Part shown: in pieces, positions 1-8,189 of the stretch
How positions within the stretch are numbered: the first letter of the stretch is position 1
Layout of the letters: every line of letters begins with the position of its first letter
Notes under the pieces: model-generated
Databases searched by the model: none
Seen by the model: the letters and a program-made list of their open reading frames with translations, nothing else
Told to the model about the DNA's origin: nothing
Translations under genes and position numbers: made by a program
Assembly (NCBI RefSeq): GCF_000092105.1
Contig: NC_014148.1
Span: 5,070,001-5,102,000, forward strand
Reading direction: 5' to 3'
DNA: 32,000 nucleotides
Origin: Planctopirus limnophila DSM 3776
Lineage (GTDB): Bacteria > Planctomycetota > Planctomycetia > Planctomycetales > Planctomycetaceae

Positions 1-53
1 TCCGGCACGCTGCCGAAGATAACCTGTTGTTGTTACACATGTTGTGGCAGAGA

Positions 54-166
54 GCGGGTGGCTGGGGTTGAGTCTTCGAACCCCCAGCGACCTACGGCAC
101 GACCTGGAGTTCGCTTAAATGCTCAACCGCAGTCTTCCCAAAACAAGGAGGGTAGTTGATGATTGG
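54..166 (+). repeat. Copy 1 of a ~113-nt intergenic repeat (5' arm intact, 3' arm decayed)
   Basis: nt 54-87 (gcgggtggctggggttgagtcttcgaacccccag) are identical to nt 3562-3595. The downstream blocks ggcacga, ctgg.gttcgc, caaggag, ttga and attgg recur at the same spacing as in copy 2, apart from a 1-nt indel. Confidence 0.8.
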
Positions 167-387
167 CATCTGTATTGTGGCCAATCGCCTCAACATCAGT
201 GCCTGTGGAACTTTTGGCCCTCTTTCCACGATTCAGCCAAGACAAGGCTGACAAGTGCGATACTCTCCCCGGAACTGAGGGTTAAAACAGTGCGTAGGCA
301 CATCTCGAACCTGCGGTGCTACGCATGAATTTTCCTGAATCACTGCCATGGCCAGCCTGGAGCAAGCCAATGCCCGGTTCCACCACA

Positions 388-1395
388 ATGACCAGAGTTG
401 CTGAAAACGGCCTTCGATGGGGCTGCTGTCTATTCTTTGTGGCCTCGATTTCCTGGGGAAACATCGCTGCGGCACAGGATGGCGAAGACCGCTCGGCCCG
501 GTTCTGGGGCATGATGGATCGCGATGGGGATGGTGTGCTCTCTGGCGAGGAACTCGATCGAGTGCCCGGCTTTCTGCGTGGTCGCCTCGAAGAAAGTGGC
601 GTTGATCTTTCACGTCCTGTCAGTCGGGAAGACTTTTCAGGAGTCATGGATCAACTCCGTCGGCAACGCGAAGAATCCGGTGGTGGATTCGGCGGCCCCC
701 CACCCGGCGGATTCGGCGGAGAAGGCTTTGGCGGTCGTGGCAGTTTTGGTAGCCGCGGCGGTGATGATCGCAGTGAAGGTGGTCGCGACAGAGATCGTGG
801 AAGTGATCGCGGCAAGAAAACGGAAGTTCCCAAGTACGATTTTCCCCGCACTTTGCCCGATGATTACAAGCCTCTCGATCTCAACGCAGATAATCAGATT
901 TCGTTTGCCGAGTGGCCCCGCTCCCGCAGGGCAGATTTCGCTTCCTATGACCATAACGGCGATGGGTACATCACTCCTGCCGAGATTCGCCTTCCCGCCT
1001 TTGTAACGAAAACCGCAGACGAAATTGTCAGCGAAGCGATGGCTGCCCGAATCATCGGTGGCACTATCGGCGGATCAACCGTCGCGAGCAATCTCTCGGC
1101 CACATCGGCAAGTTCAGGAGCGACACCCGGAAGTGAGGGGCGCGACCGTGGTTCTCGTGATCGAGGCGGACGAGGAGGCCCTCCTCAGGCCGGAAGTTCA
1201 TCAGGTGAAGACGCCATTGCCGTCGAAGCCAAAGGCTACTTTGACAGGCTCGACACCAACAAAAATGGCTCCGTCGATCCCGATGAGTGGAGTGTCAGTA
1301 AACGTCTGAAGCCACTGTTCGAAAAAGTGGGGGCTGATCTCACAAAATCACTCACTCTGGAAGAGTTTACGGTCAGTTATCGCAAGACCAAGTAG
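388..1395 (+). CDS. Secreted EF-hand calcium-binding repeat protein with RG/GGF-rich low-complexity linkers
   Basis: EF-hand loops DRDGDGVLSGEEL, DLNADNQISFAEW, DHNGDGYITPAEI and DTNKNGSVDPDEW. Signal-peptide-like LRWGCCLFFVASISWGNIAAAQ. The start is uncertain: ATG 388 or 370, and the ORF track opens at GTG 316. Confidence 0.8.
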   Translation: MTRVAENGLRWGCCLFFVASISWGNIAAAQDGEDRSARFWGMMDRDGDGVLSGEELDRVPGFLRGRLEESGVDLSRPVSREDFSGVMDQLRRQREESGGGFGGPPPGGFGGEGFGGRGSFGSRGGDDRSEGGRDRDRGSDRGKKTEVPKYDFPRTLPDDYKPLDLNADNQISFAEWPRSRRADFASYDHNGDGYITPAEIRLPAFVTKTADEIVSEAMAARIIGGTIGGSTVASNLSATSASSGATPGSEGRDRGSRDRGGRGGPPQAGSSSGEDAIAVEAKGYFDRLDTNKNGSVDPDEWSVSKRLKPLFEKVGADLTKSLTLEEFTVSYRKTK

Positions 1396-1468
1396 TCGAT
1401 AAAGCACGTCGCTTGGTCACTGCGACCGCGCGATTGAGTTCTGCCAGAGATTCATTCAGAGGCTCGTC

Positions 1469-2014
1469 ATGCCCACACCTCTCGAACAGGCAGCAGCCAG
1501 GCTGGCGGGCAAACTGGCCGATAGCAAACAGAGGTTAATCCTTGCCGAAAGCTGTACGGCTGGATTGGTCAGCGCCACCTTGGCACAGACTCCCGGCATC
1601 AGTACCTGGCTCTGTGGATCTGCCGTCGTTTATCAGGAACAGACCAAAACCACCTGGCTGGGAGTCTCGGCAGCAACTCTGGCCCAGTACACAGCCGTCA
1701 GTCGTGAAGTGGCTCAAGAGATGGCTGCTGGTGTGCTGCAGTTGACCCCTCACGCGGATATCGCTGCCGCCATTACAGGTCATCTGGGGCCCCATGCACC
1801 AATCCCACAGGATGGTGAAGTCCATGCAGCGATCGTTTTTCGAGACTCAAATCATCTCTCGAAAAGCACTTGCTGGCATTTACCGTCTCAAGTTCCAGCG
1901 GAAATTTCTGAAACACTGCGCGTCTGGCGGCAACACGAAGTCGCACGCCTGTTCATTGACTTTGTGACAGAACAGATCCCTGGCCCCAGCCAGAATCCCG
2001 TACAAAATAATTGA
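1469..2014 (+). CDS. pncC: CinA C-terminal domain / nicotinamide-nucleotide amidohydrolase PncC-like protein
   Basis: LILAESCTAGLVSATLAQTPGIS...GSAVVYQEQTKTTWLGVS...AAITGHLGP matches the PncC/CinA-C pattern (AESCTGG...G.V.YSN..K...LGV...ISGIAGP). Length is 181 aa. Confidence 0.8.
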   Translation: MPTPLEQAAARLAGKLADSKQRLILAESCTAGLVSATLAQTPGISTWLCGSAVVYQEQTKTTWLGVSAATLAQYTAVSREVAQEMAAGVLQLTPHADIAAAITGHLGPHAPIPQDGEVHAAIVFRDSNHLSKSTCWHLPSQVPAEISETLRVWRQHEVARLFIDFVTEQIPGPSQNPVQNN

Positions 2015-2122
2015 CTATCAAAGTGGTGATAGATAAGCTCCTGGCCAGGTAAACATGTTTTTGAGTAAGGCAACCAGCCTGTCATCTCTTGGTTGTCTCT
2101 GAATTCTCGGAAAGTAGGCATC

Positions 2123-3535
2123 ATGGTTCTGCGTAACGGCTTCCATTTCTCTTCGATCTGTCTCGTGGGGATCTGCCTGGCAGGAATTTCTTCGATCTGC
2201 GATCTGGCACAAGGGGCTGAGCCAACTCAGACCTCCCGGAAGCCGAATGTCATCATCTTCTACGCGGATGACCTCGGATGGGGAGAAACCGGGATTCAAG
2301 GAAATCCACAGATTCCCACGCCTCACATCGATTCAATCGCCAAAAATGGGGTGCGATGCACTCAAGGCTTTGTCGCAGCGACCTACTGCAGTCCTTCGCG
2401 AGCCGGCTTGTTGACCGGCCGCTATCCCACACGCTTCGGCCATGAGTTTAATCGGATTGCCAATGTCTCTGGCCTCGATCTTCAGGAAACAACTCTGGCT
2501 GATCGCCTGCATGGCTTAGGCTACAAAACTGCCTGTGTCGGCAAATGGCACCTGGGAGACGGCCCGGAATATCGACCAACAAAACGAGGTTTTGACGAGT
2601 TCTTCGGCACACTCGCGAACACCCCGTTTTTTCATCCCACCAAGTTTGTCGATTCCCGAGTCTCGAATGATGTCGCAGAAGTCTCCGACGAAAACTTTTA
2701 CACCACAGACGAATACGCCAAACGCTCAGTGGAGTGGATTGGACAGCAACAGCAGTCTCCCTGGTTTTTGTATCTTCCGTTCAATGCACAGCATGCTCCA
2801 CTGCAGGCTCCACAGAAGTATCTGGATCGCTTTGAATCGATCGCAGATCCCAAGCGTAAGCTCTTCGCAGCCATGATGTCCGCCATGGATGACGCCATTG
2901 GTCAGGTGCTGGGCAAGGTGCGAGAACTCGGGCAGGAAGAAAACACACTGGTCTTCTTCATTTCCGACAATGGGGGCCCGACCCAAGGCACGACATCTCA
3001 GAATGGCCCCTTGCGCGGCTTCAAAATGACCACCTTCGAAGGGGGAACACGCGTGCCGTTCCTCGTTCAATGGAAAGGTAAGCTCCCCGCTGGAAAAACT
3101 TACGACAATCCTGTCATCAACCTGGATGTTCTGCCGACCGTGCTCACCGCAGCAGGGAGCAAAATCGATCCCGCCTGGAAGCTGGATGGTGTTGATCTGG
3201 TGCCTTATTTTACAAGTTCCATCGCAAACAAGCCCCACGAAACCTTGTACTGGCGATTTGGTGAGCAATGGGCTGTTCGCCAGGGCGATTGGAAGCTGGT
3301 TGTCGCCCGCGGAGGGAGTGGACAGCCCGAACTCTACGATCTGGCGAGTGATATTGCCGAGTCGAAAAATCTCGCTTCAGAAAACCCCGCCAAGGTCAAA
3401 GAATTGCAGGCACTATGGGATCAATGGAGTCACGAACAGGCTGCTCCCAAAGTTGTTGACCAGCCCAATAACGCCAAGAAGGCAGGAAACAAAAAAGGCG
3501 CCAAGAAGAAAGCCGCAGCCGGTTCCGCCACTTAG
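2123..3535 (+). CDS. Arylsulfatase (Cys-type, formylglycine-dependent), secreted
   Basis: PNVIIFYADDLGWGE, the CSPSRAGLLTGRYP (C-x-P-x-R) signature, GKWHLG and FISDNGGP. N-terminal signal peptide present. ATG 2123 lies inside the TTG-initiated track ORF. Confidence 0.9.
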   Translation: MVLRNGFHFSSICLVGICLAGISSICDLAQGAEPTQTSRKPNVIIFYADDLGWGETGIQGNPQIPTPHIDSIAKNGVRCTQGFVAATYCSPSRAGLLTGRYPTRFGHEFNRIANVSGLDLQETTLADRLHGLGYKTACVGKWHLGDGPEYRPTKRGFDEFFGTLANTPFFHPTKFVDSRVSNDVAEVSDENFYTTDEYAKRSVEWIGQQQQSPWFLYLPFNAQHAPLQAPQKYLDRFESIADPKRKLFAAMMSAMDDAIGQVLGKVRELGQEENTLVFFISDNGGPTQGTTSQNGPLRGFKMTTFEGGTRVPFLVQWKGKLPAGKTYDNPVINLDVLPTVLTAAGSKIDPAWKLDGVDLVPYFTSSIANKPHETLYWRFGEQWAVRQGDWKLVVARGGSGQPELYDLASDIAESKNLASENPAKVKELQALWDQWSHEQAAPKVVDQPNNAKKAGNKKGAKKKAAAGSAT

Positions 3536-3561
3536 TACGGATTCCGATAAAGAATTGCGCG

Positions 3562-3675
3562 GCGGGTGGCTGGGGTTGAGTCTTCGAACCCCCAGAATTC
3601 TTCGGCACGATCTGGGGGTTCGCGAAGACGTTTGGCCTCAGCCACCCCATACCAAGGAGCGCGGTTGAATATTGG
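3562..3675 (+). repeat. Copy 2 of the intergenic repeat, here a long near-perfect hairpin (REP/MITE-like) between convergent genes
   Basis: The 5' arm 3564-3595 pairs with the 3' arm 3612-3647: gggtggctgggg/cctcagccaccc, gtcttcg/cgaagac and aacccccag/ctgggggtt. The loop is 3596-3611. It sits between the sulfatase stop (3535) and the coaX stop (3743). Confidence 0.8.
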
Positions 3676-3742
3676 AAACGTACTAACGCAGCTTTCCGTA
3701 AATGGTATAGTTTTCCATGTACTATCCCCCTGTGGGAAAAGC

Positions 3743-4570
3743 TCACGACTCTACGGGCATCGAAAGGATCATGCCCCAGAGTCCTAAGGCAGGAACCAGG
3801 CGCGCTTGTGGGAATTCACCCGCCAGAATTCCTGCACTTCCACCGGTCAACAGCAGGACGGGGGGCTGAGTGTGGGCCGATAGTCGGGTCGAAATCTCGC
3901 GGATCGCTCCCACATGCCCCCAGAAGAGTCCGCTTGACATGGCGGCACGGGTATTCCGGCCAATCACATGAGGATGAGGAGCACTCAGTTCCTGCCGGCT
4001 GATCAGTGGCAGTAACGCCGTGTATTGATGCAGAGCGCGGGCCCCCAGCTCAATCCCGGGAAGTATCGCACCTCCACAGAACCGGCCCGTCGCATCGACC
4101 CAGTCAATCGTGGTCGCTGTCCCTGCATCGACCAGAATGGCCGGTTGATCGGGTAAGCGAATCGTATTCCCCGCCACTGCGTTAAAAAGTCGATCCAGAC
4201 CCACACGTTCGGGGGCATCCACATCAATCACGATCGGCAAATCCAGGCCACTCCTCAGCACGTGGGGGCGTGGCCAGAAGCTCTGTTCCGCTGCATCATC
4301 AGAACTCATGGCAACTTCTGGCCAGGCAGCCAGCAAACAATCGAGTGCTCTTGGATTGGATCCACCAGCAATCGATTGCAGCTTATTGGCACCCGAGGCC
4401 AAAGCCCTCCGGCACCATTGTTTCAGGATCTCGACCGGCAGGGGAGATTGCAGATCGAGCGCCAGAAATTCGATCGGTTCTTCGAATTGAGCATGGCTTT
4501 GATCGCGAAAGAGCCCAAATTTAACCCGGCTGTTTCCCGAGTCAATCGCCAGAGACCAGGTCTGCGTCAT
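3743..4570 (-). CDS. coaX: Type III pantothenate kinase
   Basis: AIDSGNSRVKFGLF, VDAGTATTIDWV, GGAILPGIELGARAL, GRNTRAAMSSGLFWG and LLTGGSAG. I prefer the start at the internal ATG (cat at 4568-4570) giving MTQTWSLAIDSGNS. Confidence 0.85.
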   Translation of the reverse strand: MTQTWSLAIDSGNSRVKFGLFRDQSHAQFEEPIEFLALDLQSPLPVEILKQWCRRALASGANKLQSIAGGSNPRALDCLLAAWPEVAMSSDDAAEQSFWPRPHVLRSGLDLPIVIDVDAPERVGLDRLFNAVAGNTIRLPDQPAILVDAGTATTIDWVDATGRFCGGAILPGIELGARALHQYTALLPLISRQELSAPHPHVIGRNTRAAMSSGLFWGHVGAIREISTRLSAHTQPPVLLLTGGSAGILAGEFPQARLVPALGLWGMILSMPVES

Positions 4571-4731
4571 AACAAATTCTCGAACGATCTTTCGTAGAAA
4601 CAGAATTGACCCACATCGGGAATCGTCGGATGATCTGGGCAGACTCAAATAATTCACACTTGAGCTTGTCTAGTGAAACAGACGTGTGAATTAAGGATAG
4701 TTGTTTGCTTGCCTGCAAGGAAGGATGCCTC

Positions 4732-5082
4732 ATGGCCGATGGACAATCTGCGACTGGTTCGAATGGAAACAGCACTCTGAACGTGGCACAGCCGCAAATT
4801 CAGGAACCTGCCGATCTCAAACCGCTCTACTCAAATTTCGCACGTGTCGCAGGGACACCCGAAGAAGTTGTCGTCGATTTCGGGCTGGATCCCATGCCGT
4901 TTTCAAATTCGGCTCGTCAGATCAAAATCTCCGAGCGAGTCGTCATGAACTATTACACCGCCAAGCGGCTGTGGGCGGCTTTGGGTGCCTCTTTGCAGCG
5001 ATTCGAGCAGGCTTTTGGCCCACTGGAAATTGATGTTTCCAAACGTGCCAAACAGCTTCCCGAAGCGAATCGAAATAGCTGA
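4732..5082 (+). CDS. DUF3467 family protein
   Basis: YSNFARVAGTPEEVVVDFGLD...ISERVVMNYYTAKRLWAALGASLQRFEQAFGPLE resembles the DUF3467 pattern (yaN...v.hs.eEfvlDFg...v.rvvmsp..aKrl...L...YE..fG). This is from memory. Confidence 0.65.
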   Translation: MADGQSATGSNGNSTLNVAQPQIQEPADLKPLYSNFARVAGTPEEVVVDFGLDPMPFSNSARQIKISERVVMNYYTAKRLWAALGASLQRFEQAFGPLEIDVSKRAKQLPEANRNS

Positions 5083-5141
5083 TCAACTGCGGGAAATGAC
5101 AAAATTCCCTCAGCATAGCCACCAGATCGATGGATACAGTT

Positions 5142-5192
5142 CCTCTCCTGCACGGGTTCAATTTCTGAACTCGACAGGAGAGGTTTGTTTTT
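5142..5192 (+). terminator. Rho-independent terminator after the DUF3467 gene
   Basis: Stem cctctcctg (5142-5150) pairs with caggagagg (5175-5183), with an inner gttca/tgaac pairing. A tttgttttt run follows. Confidence 0.7.
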
Positions 5193-5246
5193 CAATGATC
5201 GATTTGTGCGAAATTTCAGCCAGCGTCCCTGATCGAGTACGTTCTG

Positions 5247-5693
5247 ATGACTTCCCAATTATCACCCCTGCAGGCTCTGGAACTGTGGAAAAGCTACATG
5301 CAGGCTTTGAAAACGCTCTCTGCTGATCAGGCCCAGCTCATCGAGCAGGAAAACTACGCCGATCTCATCGCTTTATTGACTCACAAACAGCAACTGCTCG
5401 ATTCCATGGCCGAACACCGCAAGGCTTATCGCGATGTCTGGGAATTGATTCGCACCCAGGGCCAATCACTCCCAGCCACAGCTCAAGAACTCTTTTCAGC
5501 CCGTATTCGCGAGATCACATCACTCACCGAAGAGTTGCTGGCCGTCGAATCCAGGGCTTCCACAGCACTTTCTGCCCGCAAAAATGAGGTGCAAGCAGCA
5601 CTTTCTGCCGCTTCTTCCGCTCAGGCAGCGGCCTCCGCCTACGATTCTGCAAATTTTGCGGAAAATAGGGCTCGCGTCGTTTGGGAAAGTTAG
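5247..5693 (+). CDS. Helical Gln/Leu/Ala-rich protein, possibly a FlgN-like flagellar chaperone
   Basis: 148 aa, with a predicted all-helical heptad-like pattern (QAQLIEQENYADLIALLTHKQQLLDSM). It lies just upstream of the flagellar regulator/rod genes. The family call is weak. Confidence 0.35.
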   Translation: MTSQLSPLQALELWKSYMQALKTLSADQAQLIEQENYADLIALLTHKQQLLDSMAEHRKAYRDVWELIRTQGQSLPATAQELFSARIREITSLTEELLAVESRASTALSARKNEVQAALSAASSAQAAASAYDSANFAENRARVVWES

Positions 5694-6064
5694 TTACATA
5701 CCACGCACCGCTGACGTTCATGTCAGTTTCGCCTCACAAAAAACCTGCCTTACTCCCCTCTCCAAGTTTTCGGTATTCCTTTCGCATCTCTTAGAAATTC
5801 AGCCACTGGCCATGTTGCTCAATCGAGCTCCGATCAATGGATGAATCGCTCAAAAATCTTCTCGCCTTGTGAATCTGCCCCTGCTTCCTTTCGCTGAATC
5901 TCCCACGATTTTTTGCTTTCCCCGTCTTTGAATTCGCCTCGCTAGACAGTCAGTCTGAGATCTCTCAGTCCTCACTGTTGATCGATAAAGGCTCTTCCCG
6001 AGCCTGCCTTTCCCCTCCTGCCGTTTAATTCCCGCCCCCCCTCCCTCCTGTCGAAGATCACTGT

Positions 6065-7549
6065 ATGAATCCCGACATCATTCCATTCCCACGACGTGTG
6101 GCTGCTCCTGTCGACAGCTCGATCAGCGTGCTGGTCGTAACGAATGATCCTTCGATCGGCGACCGTCTCGCGGCCGACGTTCAAACAGCAGGCTTCCACC
6201 TGAAGCGCTGTGCGACCGTCGATGCAGCCGTGCAGATTCTGTCGACTGTCCCTTCGGACATCTGTATCGTCGGACCACTTGGCCTTCAGGATTCTGTTGC
6301 CCAACTGGCTGGCCAGATCTCTCAGCGAGGCTGGGCAACTCAGTTGCTCCAGGTGGCTTCTCACCCCGGCGAGTTTGCACAGCACTCCACAGTCGCTGGT
6401 GTTGAACACCTGACCTGGCCTGTCAACTCGACAGTCTTCTATCAGCTTGTTTCGGGTGCTGCCCAGCGTGGCCGCCTCAGTTCAGAAAACCGCCGGTTGA
6501 AGCGTCAGATCTCCAATCGAAATCTGCGGGATATGGTGGGCCACAGCCCTGCCATGCAGACCTTCCGCCAGCAGATTCAGCATGCCGCCGAGCAGGCGGG
6601 TTCAGTACTGATTGTGGCTGAACCTGGTGCCGGTGCAACGATTGCTGCTCAATCGATTCATGAAGCCAGCCGTCGTGGTTCCCGCCCCTTCATTCGTGTC
6701 GATTGCCATGTCCTTTCCGTCGAAGCTCTCGAAGTGGAACTCTTCGGTGCACCCTGCCCACCACAAGAAGATGGTCGCCAGCACCTGCCGGGCCGCATTC
6801 ATCAGGCCGAAGGCGGGACAATTTACCTCGACGGGATTGATAACCTTGCCATACCTGCTCAGCGACGATTGCTGAACCTCGTACGCCAGCAAAGACGCGA
6901 GCACCCGATCACTGGCGAACCCATTCGGGCCGATGTGCGGATCATGGCCTCGACTTCCATCCGGTTGACACAACTCGTCAGCCGCAATCTCTTCCGGGCT
7001 GATCTGGCGGAAGCTCTGCAGGATTATGTTGTCGAAGTTCCCGCTCTGCGTGAACGACCCGAAGATATTGCCACACTCGCTGAACACTTCCTGCATCGTG
7101 TTTCGGTTCGCGAAGGCCGTCCCCCACGCATGCTGACTGTCGAAGCTCTCGATCGATTGCGTCAGTGGAAGTGGCCCGGCAACATCCGTGAACTCGAAAA
7201 CGTGATTGACCGAGCCTGTTCAATCGACTGCAGCCACAAGCTCACTGCTGAAATGATCGAGCCCTGGATTCAAAAACCACTGGCCCAGGAAGAAGAAGAT
7301 ATCGTGCCCGGCCTGACTCTGGCCGAAATGGAACGCAAGCTCATCGAATCGACCTTCACCCGCTTTGAAGGAAATCGCGAAAAGACAGCTCGTGCTCTCC
7401 AGATCGGCATTCGCACACTCTCAGGCAAGCTCCGCGAGTATGGCTACCCACCACGAGGAGGGCCCGGCTCAAACCGCATTGCAGCACCGGCAGAGACAGT
7501 CGAAACTGTCGAGCCGATGATCAGCACGTTCGAAACCCGTGCTGCCTGA
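6065..7549 (+). CDS. Sigma-54-type enhancer-binding protein (pseudo-receiver + AAA+ + Fis-type HTH) with degenerate catalytic motifs
   Basis: Conserved blocks: GHSPAMQ, ELFG, VRIMASTS, FRADL, PALRERPEDI, WPGNIRELENVIDRA and the C-terminal HTH NREKTARALQIGIRTLSGKLREYG. Walker A, Walker B and GAFTGA are altered (see findings). Confidence 0.85.
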   Translation: MNPDIIPFPRRVAAPVDSSISVLVVTNDPSIGDRLAADVQTAGFHLKRCATVDAAVQILSTVPSDICIVGPLGLQDSVAQLAGQISQRGWATQLLQVASHPGEFAQHSTVAGVEHLTWPVNSTVFYQLVSGAAQRGRLSSENRRLKRQISNRNLRDMVGHSPAMQTFRQQIQHAAEQAGSVLIVAEPGAGATIAAQSIHEASRRGSRPFIRVDCHVLSVEALEVELFGAPCPPQEDGRQHLPGRIHQAEGGTIYLDGIDNLAIPAQRRLLNLVRQQRREHPITGEPIRADVRIMASTSIRLTQLVSRNLFRADLAEALQDYVVEVPALRERPEDIATLAEHFLHRVSVREGRPPRMLTVEALDRLRQWKWPGNIRELENVIDRACSIDCSHKLTAEMIEPWIQKPLAQEEEDIVPGLTLAEMERKLIESTFTRFEGNREKTARALQIGIRTLSGKLREYGYPPRGGPGSNRIAAPAETVETVEPMISTFETRAA

Positions 7550-7562
7550 TACAGACTTCACC

Positions 7563-7604
7563 ATACGCCATACCCGTTCGCCGGGTATGGCGTATTGGTG
7601 TTTT
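7563..7604 (+). terminator. Rho-independent terminator after the EBP gene
   Basis: A 14-bp perfect stem atacgccatacccg (7563-7576) / cgggtatggcgtat (7582-7595) with a 5-nt loop, followed by tggtgtttt. Confidence 0.8.
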
Positions 7605-7706
7605 GATGGTGGTTGAATTTCCTCTCCGGCTTCTACCCTTCTCCCCCTTTTTCCCTTCCCCCCTTTTTGAACTCTCCCTTCTCAGCTTCATACTGAGGCA
7701 AGTTCC

Positions 7707-8183
7707 ATGTTCAATCACCTGCTCACATCACAAACGTCAAACCTGCTCAAACAAACAGCCAAGTTTGCAGAACTCAGGCAGGATGTCCTCGCAGGAAACG
7801 TGGCCAATATCGATACTCCCGGCTATCGCATGCGCGACCTGCCTGTAGCCGACTTTCAGAATGCACTCAAAAAAGCTTATGAATCACAGACAGCACAGCC
7901 AGCCAGTCTGCATCCGCCTTTAGCAAATCCTGAAAATCCTTTAACCGATCTCATCTCACCTTCAGCCACATCAGTTCACACGACAAACTTCTTTCCTGAG
8001 TCTCTCTTCCAGGCCAGCGAAAAGAAAACCCAGCCGGGTATTACCTTTCAGGATGCGAACAATCGCAGCATCGAACAGCAGATGACACAGATCTCCAAGA
8101 ACTCGATGTTGCAAAGTTTTGCGACTGAATTATTGAATCTGCAGTATAACCAGCTTCAATCAGTCATCAGCGAACAGGTCTAA
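7707..8183 (+). CDS. flgB: Flagellar basal-body rod protein FlgB
   Basis: The N-terminal LRQDVLAGNVANIDTPGYRMRDL rod-protein signature. Its position is immediately upstream of flgC. Confidence 0.9.
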   Translation: MFNHLLTSQTSNLLKQTAKFAELRQDVLAGNVANIDTPGYRMRDLPVADFQNALKKAYESQTAQPASLHPPLANPENPLTDLISPSATSVHTTNFFPESLFQASEKKTQPGITFQDANNRSIEQQMTQISKNSMLQSFATELLNLQYNQLQSVISEQV

Positions 8184-8189
8184 TATATC

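Noticed and set aside
1-53. Cys-rich reading frame at the window edge (..TCCCYTCCG..) and a frame-2 stop at 19-21
   Set aside because: It is truncated by the window start. I cannot tell which frame, if any, is the 3' end of an upstream gene.
7605-7706. Looked for sigma-54 (TGGCAC-N5-TTGC) or sigma-28 (TAAA-N15-GCCGATAA) promoters upstream of flgB. Also checked tggccatgttgct near 5803.
   Set aside because: No match with correct spacing upstream of flgB. The 5803 site has its GG and GC elements about 3 nt too close.
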